DNA of 64,000 nucleotides from an uncultured Acidobacteriota bacterium (GCA_963793695.1 CAWCBB010000025.1:6357-70356), one strand, 5' to 3'; numbered from the stretch's first letter, positions 37,929 through 49,116 are shown. Numbers and translations: made by a program. Notes: generated by a model not told the origin, from the sequence alone.

Positions 37929-40208
37929 ATGTTTCGCGCCGTCGTCCTCCGCTTCGTCCTCCCGTGGACCGCCCTGGCGCTCGGGCTTCTCGGCGTCCTT
38001 TTCCTCGTCCGCCGGAGCGAGGCCCTTCCCCGACCCCTCCCCTCCTCCGCTCCCGCGACCGCGTTCTCGGCGACGAGGGCGCGCGCGCACGTGGACGAGC
38101 TCGCGGGACGGATCGGCGTGCGGCTCACCGGAAGCGACGCGAACCGCGCCGCGGCGGAGTACCTGCTCTCGAGGATGCGGGCGATCCCCGGAATCGCGGT
38201 CGAGGTGCAGGATGTCGAGGGGGTTCGCCGCTCGCGCGATCGCGCGACGGTCTTTTCCGTGCGGAATCTCGTCGCCCGCATCGAGGGGACCGGGCCGGGC
38301 GCGATCCTCGTCTCCACGCACTACGACACGAAGACCGACGGCCCTGGCGCCGGAGACGCGGCGACGCCCGCGGCCGTCGTTCTCGAGACGGCCCGCGCGC
38401 TCGCGGCCTCGCCGCGACCGCGCCATTCGATCCTCTTTCTCCTCAACGACGGCGAGGAGCTCGGGCTTCTCGGCGCTTCCGGATTTCTGCAGCATCGCTG
38501 GGCCGAGGACGTGCGCGCGTTCATCAATCTGGAATCCGCCGGACCGGCGGGCCGGCCGCTTCTCTTTCAAACAGGGCCCGGCAACGCCTGGCTCGCGAGC
38601 GCGTGGGCGAGGTCCGTCCCTCATCCCTACGGCACGGTCGTCGCCCAGGACGTCTTTCAATCGGGCGCGATCCCCTCGGATACGGACTTCCGCGTCTATC
38701 GCGACGAGGGCCACTGGCCCGGCCTCGACTACGCGCTCTTCCGCAACGGGTGGGCGTACCACACCCGCCTGGATCGGCCGGCCGCGGTCAGCGACGGATC
38801 GATCCAGGAGATGGGGGCGAACCTCCTCGCGATGGTCGGCTCGATCGCCGCGCGGGGAGCGCTTCCGCTCCCGACGCCGGAGCGCGCCGTCTATTACGAC
38901 CTCGCCGGGCTCGGAATGCTCGCGTACTCCGAGCCGGCGGCACGGCGGATCGCGATCGCGCTGATCGCCCTCGCCGTCGTGGCGTCGATCGCGGCGATCG
39001 TCCGGAGAAAGACGGGGTTCGTGGCGACTCTGGGCGGCGCGCTCGTCGCGCTCATCGCCCTCGCGCTTCCGCTCGGGGCGGCCGTGGGAGCGGGTTCGAT
39101 CGGCCCCGCTCTCGGGCGGCTGCATCGGTGGTATGCGGTGCCGGGCCCCGCGATCGGCGCGTGGACCGCCGCCGCCTTCGCGGGCGCACTCCTCGCCGCG
39201 TCCGCGGGCGCGCTGCTGCTCCGCCGATCCGAGCTGCGCCGGCGGCAGGGAGCGATCGCCGCGGGCACGGCCGTCCTCTGGTCGATCGTCGTCGCTCTCG
39301 GGACCGCCGCCGGGGCCGGCTCGACGTATCTCGCGGCGTGGTGGCTCGCCGCCGCATGCGTCACCGCGCTGGCCGCCGTCTTCCTGCCACGGATCACGAC
39401 GGCGGTCGCGTTCCTCGCGCTCCTCCCTCCCCTCGTCCTCACGCTCGAGGTCTGCCGCATGTTCCTCGATGCGTTCCTTCCGATCTCGGGGCGCATGCTG
39501 ACCGCGATCCCCTTCGATCCGATCCTCGCCGCGCTCGCGGCACTGCCGGTCGTGATGGCCGCCCCGCAGGCCGCGGTCTGGCTCCAGAGCGTCGGGGGAC
39601 GGACGTTCGCCGCTTTCCTCGCCATCGGCTTCGCCGCCGCCGCGCTCGCGATCTCCCTCTTCCAGTTCCCGTACACCCCGTCACGGCCGCAGCGGGTCGA
39701 GGTCCGCCACGCCACGGCCGTCGGACGCGCGTCGATGGAATTCGAGCTCGTGGATCTTCCGGGCGCGCGCTCTCCCAGTCCAGCTCTGTTCGGAGGGGGC
39801 AGAGCCGAGCGGATCGGGCGTTCCACGTTCGCCCTGCCGGCGGCGCCGCGCGAGATCCCGGTCGCGATCCAGTCGGCCGTCGTCGACGAGGGTGCGCACA
39901 AGAAACTGCTGGTCGACATCGGTCCCGGCGCGTGGCACGAGGCCGTGCTCCAGCTCCCGCCGGGCCGCGTGGAAGGATGGACCGTCTGGACCGCGCGCGG
40001 CTCGTTCGAAGGGAAGGAGGCGCGCCTGCGGCTCGTCAACCTGCCGGCGACGATCTCCGCGACCATCCGGAGCGGCCCGCCCGCGGCTGCGGAGCTCGAG
40101 ATCCGATCCGCACAGCCGACCCCGGAGCTGACGGCCGCCATGAAAAGAATGCCCGCCTGGACCGCGCCGGACGGAACCGTCGTCATGAGGCGCCGGATCG
40201 GGATGTGA
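37929..40208 (+). CDS. M28-family metallopeptidase fused to a C-terminal multi-TM domain
   Basis: ...NLVARIEGTGPGAILVSTHYDT...SILFLLNDGEELGLLGASGF...FINLESAGPAG...PSDTDFRVY gives the M28 zinc ligands. Eight or more hydrophobic helices follow. The ORF is intact. Confidence 0.85.
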   Translation: MFRAVVLRFVLPWTALALGLLGVLFLVRRSEALPRPLPSSAPATAFSATRARAHVDELAGRIGVRLTGSDANRAAAEYLLSRMRAIPGIAVEVQDVEGVRRSRDRATVFSVRNLVARIEGTGPGAILVSTHYDTKTDGPGAGDAATPAAVVLETARALAASPRPRHSILFLLNDGEELGLLGASGFLQHRWAEDVRAFINLESAGPAGRPLLFQTGPGNAWLASAWARSVPHPYGTVVAQDVFQSGAIPSDTDFRVYRDEGHWPGLDYALFRNGWAYHTRLDRPAAVSDGSIQEMGANLLAMVGSIAARGALPLPTPERAVYYDLAGLGMLAYSEPAARRIAIALIALAVVASIAAIVRRKTGFVATLGGALVALIALALPLGAAVGAGSIGPALGRLHRWYAVPGPAIGAWTAAAFAGALLAASAGALLLRRSELRRRQGAIAAGTAVLWSIVVALGTAAGAGSTYLAAWWLAAACVTALAAVFLPRITTAVAFLALLPPLVLTLEVCRMFLDAFLPISGRMLTAIPFDPILAALAALPVVMAAPQAAVWLQSVGGRTFAAFLAIGFAAAALAISLFQFPYTPSRPQRVEVRHATAVGRASMEFELVDLPGARSPSPALFGGGRAERIGRSTFALPAAPREIPVAIQSAVVDEGAHKKLLVDIGPGAWHEAVLQLPPGRVEGWTVWTARGSFEGKEARLRLVNLPATISATIRSGPPAAAELEIRSAQPTPELTAAMKRMPAWTAPDGTVVMRRRIGM

Positions 40209-40250
40209 GGCGACCCGGGCCCCAGACCTGGCCAACGATACAATCCGCCC

Positions 40251-40943
40251 GTGAACGGCGACCAACCCCCCTCCGGCATCCGCCTCGGCTCGATCGGCGG
40301 AACCTCGATTCACGTCGAGGTCAGCTTCCTCATCCTCATCGGCCTCTTCGTCGTTCTCGACATCGACCGGAACGTCCCGATCGAGCGGGCGCTCCTGTGG
40401 ATCCCGGTCCTGCTCGTCTCGGTTCTCTTCCATGAGATCGGCCACGCGGCGCTGATCGGGCTCTTCGGGTTCGGCCGCAGCGCCATCGTCCTGGGGGGAT
40501 TCGGCGGCGTCACGGTCAACCAGCGTCGCGCCGTCCCCTGGAAAGAGATCGTGATCAGCCTGGCCGGGCCGGGGTTCAGCCTGCTGCTGTCGGTCCTGCT
40601 CGCTTTGGCGTTCGCCGGCATTCCCCTGCTGCGGCGCGATCCGATGCTCGCGGCTCTCATCCCGCTGATGATCCAGGCGAACCAGATCTGGGCGATCTTC
40701 AACCTCGTGCCGATCTACCCGCTCGACGGCGGGCAGGCGCTTCAGAATCTCGCGCGGTTCTTCACGGACGTCCGGCGCGCGGTCGCCGTCTCGATCTTTT
40801 CCTCGATCGCGATCGGGATCGTCGTCCTCGCCCTGGCCCTCTTCGCCCGCTGGTTCTTCCTCGCGATCCTCGCCGCGATGCTGCTGATGCAGAACTATCA
40901 GCGGTGGCAACTCTGGCGCGGCTGGAAGAAACCGGAGGAGTAG
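40251..40943 (+). CDS. M50-family (site-2 protease-like) membrane metallopeptidase
   Basis: HEIGHAALIGLFGF (HExxH inside a TM helix) and NLVPIYPLDGGQ (the second M50 motif). Confidence 0.85.
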   Translation: MNGDQPPSGIRLGSIGGTSIHVEVSFLILIGLFVVLDIDRNVPIERALLWIPVLLVSVLFHEIGHAALIGLFGFGRSAIVLGGFGGVTVNQRRAVPWKEIVISLAGPGFSLLLSVLLALAFAGIPLLRRDPMLAALIPLMIQANQIWAIFNLVPIYPLDGGQALQNLARFFTDVRRAVAVSIFSSIAIGIVVLALALFARWFFLAILAAMLLMQNYQRWQLWRGWKKPEE

Positions 40944-41054
40944 GCAGGCCTGCCCGGAGCTTCCGAAACCGTCGCTCCGCTATAATGCGAGGATCGAGGG
41001 AAACCGACGGAGACCTTCACGGCCGGGGGGCGGCCTGCTGCGTTCCGTGGACTC

Positions 41055-44000
41055 ATGTCAGACATTCGAGAGATCAGCCGCCGGCGGCGGTTCGCTGAAC
41101 GGCTGGCCAGGCAGGGGAAGGAGCTGGACTCCATCCGGAGCGAGCTGCTCCGGCGGTACATGCGGCTCCGTGAGCGGAGGCATTCCCCCTCGCCCGACGC
41201 GACCGGGCGGCGGCGAAGCGAAGCGCTCCAGCGCGGGCTCTTCCGGATCGCCGACCTGACCCTGGCGGGCGAGGATCTCGGCACTCTCTACACGTCCATC
41301 CACCAGATCGTGGGCGAGCTGATGGACGCGAGGAACTTCTACATCGCGTTCTACGACGAGGCGAGCGACTCGCTGAGCTTTCCCTACTTCGTCGACACCT
41401 TCGATTCCCAGCCGGGCCTCGTCAAGCCGGGCAAGACGCTGACCGCGTGGGTCCTTCGGACCGGCGAGCCGCTGCTCGCGACCCCGGAGCGTTTCGCCGA
41501 GCTGGTCGCCAGCGGGGAAGCGGAATCGGTCGGGACGCCGTCGGTGGACTGGCTCGGGGTGCCGCTCAGGCACGGCGCCCGGACGTTCGGCATGCTCGGG
41601 ACGCAGAGCTACGACGAGAGGATCCGCTTCGGAGAGCGCGAGCGCGACATTCTGATGTTCGTCTCCCAGCACGTCGCGGCCGCGATCATGGCGAAGCGGC
41701 GCGAGGATGCGATCCGCGAGAGCGAGAACCGCTACCGGCAGCTCTTCGAGAACAACGGCGCGATCAAGCTCGTTCTCGACGGCGACACGGGAGAGATCCT
41801 CGACGCGAACCCTGCCGCCGTCGAGTACTACGGCTATTCGCTGTCCGAGATACGCTCGATGCACATCTGGGACATCAACACGGCGGGAGAGGCATTCGTC
41901 CGCGAGAAGCTGCGGGAAGCCGCGGCCCGGGAGCGCAACACCTTCGTCATGAAGCACCGCCTCGCCAGCGGCGAGCTGCGCGATGTCGAGATCCACTCCG
42001 GGCCGATCGAGATCGAGGGCCGCAACGTCCTTTTCTCGATCCTCCACGACGTGACCGAGCGGGTACGTGCCGAGGAGGGCCTCCGGCGCAGCGAGGAGTA
42101 CTTCCGGACGGTCATCGAGAATGCATCGGACCTGATCTCGATCCTCGATGCGCGGGGAAAGGTGATCTACAACAGCCCTTCGGTGTCGCGCCTTCTGGGG
42201 TACAAGGCGTCGCAGACGTCGGGTCAGGACATCTTTCCCTTCATCCATCCGGACGACGTGGGCCTGGTCCGCTATCTGATGCGGCAGGTCGCGGCGGGCA
42301 CGGTCGGCGCGGAGTCGATCGAGATCCGGCTCCGTCACCTCGACGGGACGTGGCGGACGCTCGAGGCGATCGGCCGCCCCCTGCGCGAAGCGGGCGAGTC
42401 GGAGGTGCGCATCCTCACCAACTGCCGCGACGTGACCGAGCGGAAGCTGGCCGAGAAAGCGCTCCAGCAGTCGGAAGCGAAATTCCGGAGCATCTTCGAC
42501 TTCGCTTCGGTCGGCATCTACCAGGCGACGCCCGACGGCACGCTTCTGACCGCGAACGCGGCCCTCGCGCGGATGCTCGGATACCACTCGGTGGCCGAGC
42601 TCCTCCAGATGAACCTCGTGCACGACGTCTATTTCGATCCGCTCGAGCGCGACCTGCTGATGGATCACCACTCGCCGATCGGCCACGGGACCGAGCTCGA
42701 GGCGATCTGGAAGCGGAAGGACGGCTCGCCCCTCTGGGTGCAGCTCAACGCGCACGCGATCAACGACGACCAGGGAGAGATCGTCTATCTCGAAGGCTTC
42801 GTCACCGACGTTCACCTCCGCAAGAACGCCGAGGCCACGCTGCGGACGCAGGCGGTCGCGATGGAAGCGTCGATGGACGGAATCGCGATCCTCGACGCGG
42901 ACCACAGGCTCACATACGTGAATCGCGCGTTCCTCAAGCTCTTCCGCTACCGCTCACCCGGCGATCTGATGTTCCAGCCTCTCTCGCGCGTCTACGACAC
43001 GGCGGAGCTCGAGCGGTTCAGCGAGGAAGTCTTCCCCGCCCTCGCGACGAGCGGCGAGTGGCGCGGCGAAACGGTCGGCCTCACGCGAAGCGGCATCGCG
43101 TTCCCGCAGGAGATCTCCCTCACCGCGATCGAGAACGGCGGGATCATCGCGATCGTCCGCGACATCACCGAGCGGACACACGCCGAGGAGCAGATCAAGC
43201 ACCTCGCGTATCACGACGCGCTCACATCCCTTCCCAACCGCCTTCTCTTCAAGGACCGGCTCACCGTCGCCATCTCCCACGCATATCGCGACCGGTTCCG
43301 CCTCGCCGTCCTCTTCCTCGACCTCGACCACTTCAAGGTCATCAACGACTCCCTCGGCCACAACATCGGCGACCTGCTCCTCCAGGAGCTCGCCAAGCGC
43401 ATCCGCGCCGCCCTCCGCGACAGCGACACGGTCGCGCGCCTCGGCGGCGACGAGTTCACCATCCTCCTCCCCCAGGTCCACGATCCCGACGACGCGGCCG
43501 CCGTCGCACAGAAGCTCCTCGAGACGATCCGGCAGCCGGTGCACATCGAGGGACACGACTTTCAGATCACGACCTCGCATCGGCATCAGCACGTTTCCCG
43601 ACGACGGCGCCGACGCGGAGACGCTCATCAAGAACGCCGACACGGCGATGTACATGGCGAAGGAGGACGGGCGCGACAAGGTCCAGATCTTCAGCGCCGC
43701 CGCCTCCCACCGCGCGATGGAGCGCCTCGCGCTCGAGCAGGGCCTCAGGAAGGCCCTCGCGCACGGCGAGTTCATCCTCTACTACCAGCCGATCCTCGAT
43801 TTGAAGAGCGGCCGGATCAGCGGGATGGAAGCCCTCCTCCGCTGGCAGCATCCCGACCTGGGCGTCACCCTGCCGGGCGAGTTCCTCGCGGTCGCCGAAC
43901 AGACCGGCCTGATGCTTCCGATCGGATCGTGGGCCCTCCACGCCGCCTGCCGCCAGGCCGCAGGAGTGGCACCGCCTCGGCTACCGCAACCTGACCCTGT

Positions 44001-44528
44001 CGGTGAACCTCTCGGTCAGCCAGCTCCAGCACGACCTCATCGAAAAGGTGCGCCTCGCCCTCGACGACAGCGGCCTCGCCCCCGATCAGCTCGAGCTCGA
44101 GATCACCGAGAGCGGCGCGATGCGCCAGCCCGAGAAGAGCATGCTGCTCCTCGAGGAGCTTCGCCGCACCGGCGTCCGCATGTCCCTCGACGACTTCGGC
44201 ACCGGGCACTCCTCGCTCAGCTACCTCAAGCGCTTCCCCATCGACACGATCAAGATCGACCAGTCGTTCGTGCGCGACCTCGGCACCGACCGCGATACCG
44301 CCGCCATCGTCACCGCGATCATCGCGATCGGCCACAAGCTCGGGCTGAGAGTCGTCGCCGAAGGAGTCGAGCGAGGAGCGCCAGCGCGCCTTCCTCGCCG
44401 AGAACGCCTGCGACCTCATGCAGGGCTTCCTCTTCCACGCTCCCGTCGCCCCGGACGATTTCCTCCGCCTGCTCCAGGAGCAGAACCTCCGCCACCATCA
44501 GTGGCCGTTGGTGGCGACGGTGGGATGA
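41055..44528 (+). pseudogene. GAF-PAS(x4)-GGDEF-EAL c-di-GMP signalling protein; three or more frame breaks, confined to the last ~1 kb
   Basis: Intact to ~43570, with PAS blocks ending in ...DVTERxxAEE and GGDEF ...RLGGDEFTILLP... It then continues in other frames: MYMAKEDGRDKVQIF...EFILYYQPILDL... / ELEITESGAM...LDDFGTGHSSLSYLKRFPIDTIKIDQSF... / ...DLMQGFLFHAPV. Stop at 44526-44528. Confidence 0.85.
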
Positions 44529-44770
44529 ATCCGTTCGCCGTTCTCCGTTCTCCGTTCGCCGTTCTCCGTGCTCCGTTCTCCGTGCTGAGCGATGCCGATC
44601 GCGATGCAAATACCCCTCTCCCCGGAACATGATTCTCTCGTTTCAGCTTGGTCCCGCCGGGGAGAGGGGTATTCGGGCTCGACATCGCTCAGCGCGATGC
44701 ACGGCGAACGGAGCACCGGAGAACGGAGCGCGGAGAACGGAGAACGGAGAACGGCGAACGAATTCACCGC
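44528..44770. repeat. ~240-bp imperfect palindrome that exactly fills the gap between two convergent stop codons
   Basis: Left arm (ccgttctc-type 7-mers) at 44528-44590, then ctgagcgatg, then tacccctctccccgg...ccggggagaggggta, then catcgctcag, then the right arm (gagaacgg-type 7-mers) to 44765. The reverse complement of the right arm aligns with the left arm along its whole length, with a few mismatches. Confidence 0.9.
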
Positions 44771-45360
44771 TTCCGATCGTACCGCCCGACCAGCTCTCCC
44801 TTCGCGATCACGTGACCGTCGATCGCCTGCTCGAACGCCGCTTTCCCGCTCGACGGATCCAGCTCGAGCATCGCATCGAGAGCGTACGCCTTGAAGAAAT
44901 AGCGATGCTCGCGGTCCGGAGGACAGGGGCCGCCCCAGTCGTTTCTTCCCCAGCTGTTTTTTCCCTGCACCGCGGAGGAAGGGACGCTCCCGTGCGAGAT
45001 CGACGTCGTCGACGGAGGCAGATTCCAGATCACCCAGTGGTCCCAGTTCCCGTCCGGGCGGAGCGACTTCGGAACGTCGGGATCGTCGACCACGATCGCG
45101 AGCGACTTGGCTTCCGGCGGGATCCCTCCGATCTCGAGAGGAACGAGCCGGTCGCCCCCGTCGCAGGTGTGCTCGCGGGGGATCACGCCCATGTGGGCGA
45201 ACGCGGGACTGGTGACCGCGAGCTTCGCGGGCGCGGAGGCGGGGCCGCCGCCGCCCGGCCGGGCGGCCGGTTTCTCGCCGGGCCCGGGAGGCTCGGCGGC
45301 GCATCGGAGCGGAACGGCGAGAGCGAGAGCGAGGAGCATGCGGGTCGTCATTCGAATCAC
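44764..45360 (-). CDS. YbhB/YbcL-family PEBP (Raf kinase inhibitor-like) protein, secreted
   Basis: ...SPAFAHMGVIPREHTCDGGD...SLAIVVDDPDVP...WDHWVIWNLP...GPCPPDREHRYFFKAYALD is the PEBP signature. The GTG start overlaps the upstream stop (GTGA). Confidence 0.85.
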   Translation of the reverse strand: MIRMTTRMLLALALAVPLRCAAEPPGPGEKPAARPGGGGPASAPAKLAVTSPAFAHMGVIPREHTCDGGDRLVPLEIGGIPPEAKSLAIVVDDPDVPKSLRPDGNWDHWVIWNLPPSTTSISHGSVPSSAVQGKNSWGRNDWGGPCPPDREHRYFFKAYALDAMLELDPSSGKAAFEQAIDGHVIAKGELVGRYDRKR

Positions 45361-47018
45361 CTCTGCTTCATCAGGCCGGGGCCGCGCAGGGCGCGCCCGG
45401 GCAGGTTGCCCGTCATCACCGCCGACTCGAGCACCGGGGATCCGTTGACGATCACGTGCTCGATGCCGACAGAGTACTGATGGGGATTCTCGAACGTGGC
45501 GCGGTCGGCGACGACGTCGGGATCGAAAACCACAATATCGGCCTTCATCCCGGGCCGGATCAAGCCGCGGTCGGCGAGTTGCGCCCGGGCGGCCGCGAGG
45601 GAGGTCATCTTCCGGACAGCCTCTTCCAGCGGGATCGCGCCGAGCTCGCGGGCGTAGTGACCGAGGATCCGGGGAAAGGTGCCGTAGGCGCGCGGGTGGG
45701 CGCCGGCGGAGCGGCGGCTCTCGGGCACGGCGCCGGAATCGGAGCCGAACGACACGAACGGGTGGCGAAGCGCGGTCAGGACGTCCTCCTCGTTCATCTT
45801 GAAGAAAACGCCCGAGGGAGTGCCGGAGCTTCCCTCGTAGAGGCGGAAGAGCGCTTCGACGGGATCGACGCCGAGCGCGTCCGCAATCTGCTGGAGGGTC
45901 TTCCGCTCGAACTCATCGAGACCCGTCCCGGGGATCCTCGCCACGAGGATCCCTGCGGCCCCTCCGGTGTGAGCCGGGATCGATCGCGCGCGGGCGTGAT
46001 CGGCGATCCGGGCGCGGGTCGCGGGATCCTTCAGGCGCTCGAGAAATGCGGCGTAGCCCCCTTCGAGAGCCCAGGTCGGCACGAGCGTCGTCAGTCCGGT
46101 GGAGGACGCGGTGTACGGATACATGTTCGCCGCGATGTCGACGCCCTCGCGCCGCGCGCTCTCGATCCGCGCGAGCACCTCCCCCATCCGCCCGTGGTTC
46201 GCGACGCCGCTCGTCTTCAGGTGCCAGACGTTGACCGGGATGGACGCTTCTCTCCCGACCCGGACCGCTTCGTCGATCGCGGAGAGGATTCCCTCATCCT
46301 CGGTCCTGATGTGGCTGAAGTAGACGCCGCCGTACCTCGACGCGACGCGCGCGAGCCGGACCAGCTCCTCCGTTTCCGCGAACGTGGCGGGAACGTAGAT
46401 GAGCGAGGTCGACAGGCCGATCGCGCCGTCGCGCATTCCCTCCTCGACCAGCGCCTCCATCCGCGTCATCTCGTCGGCCGTCGGAGCGCGGTCGATGTTG
46501 CCGATGACGATCGAACGGGCGTTCGTCGCCCCCATGAAGATCGCGAAGTTGATCGCGCTCCCGCGGCCCTCGAGAACGTCGAAGTACTCGCCGAGAGTGG
46601 ACCAGGCGGGGCGCCCGGCGGCGCGCCGCTCGTCCGCGGAGGCTTCGGCGACGGGTCCGGGCGACCACCCTTCGCCCGTGACCTCCGTCGTCACCCCCTG
46701 CCGCACCTTCCCTTCGACACGGGGGTCGGTCAGGACGCTCCCTTCCGACTGACCGAGGAGGTCGATGAATCCGGGGGAGACGATGCGACCGGCGGCGTCG
46801 ATGGTCTTCGCCGCCGAGACCGCCGAGAGATCCCCGATGCCCACGATCGTGTCGCCCCGGACGCCGACGTCGCCCCGGAACCAGGGGGCGCCCGTGCCGT
46901 CGACGATCCGCCCGTTCGCGATCTTCAGATCGAGCTCGGGCCTGGGGGCGGGCGGCGCGGTCGCGCAGGAGAGGACGAAGAGGGAGAGGAGAGAGAGAAC
47001 CGACGATCTCGCCTTCAT
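45357..47018 (-). CDS. N-acyl-D-amino-acid deacylase (D-aminoacylase) family amidohydrolase, secreted
   Basis: Signal peptide, then LKIANGRIVDGTGAPWFRGDVGVRGDTIVGIGD...PGFIDLLGQSE...and a C-terminal PGMKADIVVFDP...VIVNG. Intact 553 aa. Confidence 0.85.
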   Translation of the reverse strand: MKARSSVLSLLSLFVLSCATAPPAPRPELDLKIANGRIVDGTGAPWFRGDVGVRGDTIVGIGDLSAVSAAKTIDAAGRIVSPGFIDLLGQSEGSVLTDPRVEGKVRQGVTTEVTGEGWSPGPVAEASADERRAAGRPAWSTLGEYFDVLEGRGSAINFAIFMGATNARSIVIGNIDRAPTADEMTRMEALVEEGMRDGAIGLSTSLIYVPATFAETEELVRLARVASRYGGVYFSHIRTEDEGILSAIDEAVRVGREASIPVNVWHLKTSGVANHGRMGEVLARIESARREGVDIAANMYPYTASSTGLTTLVPTWALEGGYAAFLERLKDPATRARIADHARARSIPAHTGGAAGILVARIPGTGLDEFERKTLQQIADALGVDPVEALFRLYEGSSGTPSGVFFKMNEEDVLTALRHPFVSFGSDSGAVPESRRSAGAHPRAYGTFPRILGHYARELGAIPLEEAVRKMTSLAAARAQLADRGLIRPGMKADIVVFDPDVVADRATFENPHQYSVGIEHVIVNGSPVLESAVMTGNLPGRALRGPGLMKQR

Positions 47019-47081
47019 GGCGGGGATTTTAAGGGTCTGGAGTAGGAGTCAGGAGTCGGCAGCGGCGCGACGGGTTGTTTC

Positions 47082-47191
47082 GCGTCATCCTGAGGAGCGC
47101 GCGAGCGCGACGAAGGATCTTGGGTGACACCGCGAGGAACGAAACCACGCGAGTGTCACCCAAGATCCTCGCCTTCGGCTCGGGATGACGC
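47082..47191. repeat. Nested palindromic REP/MITE-like element of the gtcatcctgag type in a divergent promoter gap
   Basis: gcgtcatcc (47082-47090) pairs with ggatgacgc (47183-47191). aaggatcttgggtgacac (47113-47130) pairs with gtgtcacccaagatcct (47153-47169). A partial copy (gtgtcatcctgatgcggg) lies at 48338-48355. Confidence 0.85.
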
Positions 47192-47264
47192 CATTCCACG
47201 TTCCACCGAACTCGCGACTCCGGCCTCGCGACTCCAGACTTCCGACTGACGTACAATCCCGCCC

Positions 47265-48313
47265 ATGAACCGCCGTGACTTCGTCCGCACCACCGCCGCT
47301 GCCGGCGCCGCGCTCGCGGCCCCCTTTCGATCGCCAACGGGACGCCGAAAACGCAGAAGCCCGCCGCGCCGAAACTCATCAAGCCGCCGCGGCTCCAGCC
47401 GGGGGACGCGGTCGGCGTGGTCCTGCCCGCCTCGGCCGAGTTCGAGTCGCACGAGCTGGACATCGGCACCGAACAGGTCCGCGCGCTCGGGTTCGAGCCG
47501 AAGCTCGGAGCGCACGCCGCCGAAAAGCACGGCTACTTCGCGGGTACCGACGAGAAGCGCGCCGCCGACATCAACGCGATGTTCGCCGACCCTTCGGTCA
47601 AGGGGATGTTCGCCAGCGGCGGATGGGGCTCGCCGCGCGTCCTCCCCCTCCTCGACTACGAGATGATCCGCCGGAATCCGAAAGTCCTCATCGGCTTCAG
47701 CGATGTCACGGCGCTCCTCAACGCGATCCACCAGCGGACCGGGCTCGTCACGTTCCACGGCCCGAGCGCGTTTTCGAATTTCGACGCCTGGACGATCGAG
47801 AACATGAAGCGCGCCATCATGAGCGCGGAGCCGATCGGCACGATCGAGAACCCTCCCAAGCCCGAATCGGCGCTGATCCAGCGCCGCTACCGCACGTACG
47901 CGATCCGCGGAGGCCGCGCGACCGGACGGATCGTCGGCGGAAACCTCACGCTCCTGGCCGCGCTCATGGGGACGCCCTACGAGGTGGAAACCGACGGCGC
48001 GATCCTCTTCCTCGAGGAAGTGCGCGAAGCCATCTACCGAGTCGACCGGATGATCACGCAGCTCTCTCTCGGCGGAAAACTCGCCCGCGTCGCCGGCGTC
48101 GTCTTCGGCTACTGCAGTGACTGCCCGGCCGACCACGCGAGCTTCAGCCTCGAGGAGGTCCTCCGTGACCACTTCACCCGGCTCGGCGTCCCGGTCTTCG
48201 CCGGCCTCGCGTTCGGCCACATCGAGCAGAAGCTCACGCTGCCGATCGGCCTCCCCGCGACGATCGACGCCGACGCGGGAACGGTGACCATCGAGGAGAG
48301 TGCGGTGGCGTAG
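47265..48313 (+). CDS. LD-carboxypeptidase (S66 family) with Tat-like signal; one frame break near 47350
   Basis: MNRRDFVRTTAAAGAALAAP..., then in another frame LQPGDAVGVVLPASA...GYFAGTDEKRAADINAMFADPSVKGMFASGGWGS...IGFSDVTALLNAI...GGNLTLLAALMGTPY...FGHIEQKLTLPIG. Confidence 0.85.
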
Positions 48314-48407
48314 GGGCCGGTGCGGTGCGGGCGCCTCGTGTCATCCTGATGCGGGATCGAAACGCCCCGCCGGGGGCGGGCGGGCCGGCACCACGCCGGG
48401 CGCCAGC

Positions 48408-48776
48408 CTAGCTCGCGTTTTCCGACGCGTCCTCGGTCTGCCGGAAGCTCTGGAGGGCCTCGTCCTCGTTCTCGAATACCTCGAAGAGCGGGAGAAGGTT
48501 GGAGAGGTGAAGGGTCCGGCGCACGCGATCCTGGGGCCGGAGGAGCTTGATCGCACCACCGGCGCGCTCGACCATCTTGTAGCTCGCCACCACGTCGCCG
48601 AGGCCGCTGCTGTCGACATAGTCGACCTTGGAGAGGTTCAGGAGGATCTTGAGGTACCCGTCGGCCAGGAGCTCGGTCACCACATTGCTCACGATCTCGT
48701 CGGCCACCCCGACCACGAGGCTGCCGTCGAAATCGACGATCACGACATCATTTTCTTTACGGAGGTCCACGTTCAT
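48408..48776 (-). CDS. STAS-domain anti-sigma-factor antagonist (SpoIIAA-like)
   Basis: MNVDLRKENDVVIVDFDGSLVVG...ILLNLSKVDYVDSSGLGDVVASYKMVERAGGAIKLL has the conserved phospho-Ser context DSSGLG. Confidence 0.85.
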   Translation of the reverse strand: MNVDLRKENDVVIVDFDGSLVVGVADEIVSNVVTELLADGYLKILLNLSKVDYVDSSGLGDVVASYKMVERAGGAIKLLRPQDRVRRTLHLSNLLPLFEVFENEDEALQSFRQTEDASENAS

Positions 48777-48837
48777 GACGGCCGGATCATAACAGCAGCG
48801 GGACTCGGGGGGGCTAGGGGTCTGGGAGTCCAGGGGT

Positions 48838-49116
48838 CTAGGGGTCTCGGGGACCGTCCCTGGCCCCTCCCGCCCGCTCGATCAGCTCGCGAAACCAGGA
48901 AGCGATCTCGGTGAGGCCGGCGCGCCCGGCTCGCTCCTCCGCGCCGCGCGCCATGAGGAGAAACTGCTCCACGAAGGAGCGCAGATCCTCCCCGGCTCCG
49001 AGGCCCGCGATCGTCGCGCCCTTCTTCTCGATTGCCTCGAGGGCCTCGAGGGCCTCGGCGTACTCGCGGCTGAACGCGAGGAACTGGGCCATCGGTCCCG
49101 GATCGTCGTCTTCCAT
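48838..49116 (-). CDS. Small helical hypothetical protein (~92 aa)
   Basis: The plausible part starts at the internal M ([39 protein letters not shown]...) of track ORF 48838-49305. No family recognised. Confidence 0.45.
   Translation of the reverse strand: MEDDDPGPMAQFLAFSREYAEALEALEAIEKKGATIAGLGAGEDLRSFVEQFLLMARGAEERAGRAGLTEIASWFRELIERAGGARDGPRDP

Noticed and set aside
37775-40435. 886-aa plus-strand ORF overlapping the M28 peptidase gene
   Set aside because: It is an alternative frame of the real M28 gene (37929-40208). The sequence is low-complexity RRPG-rich with no motifs.
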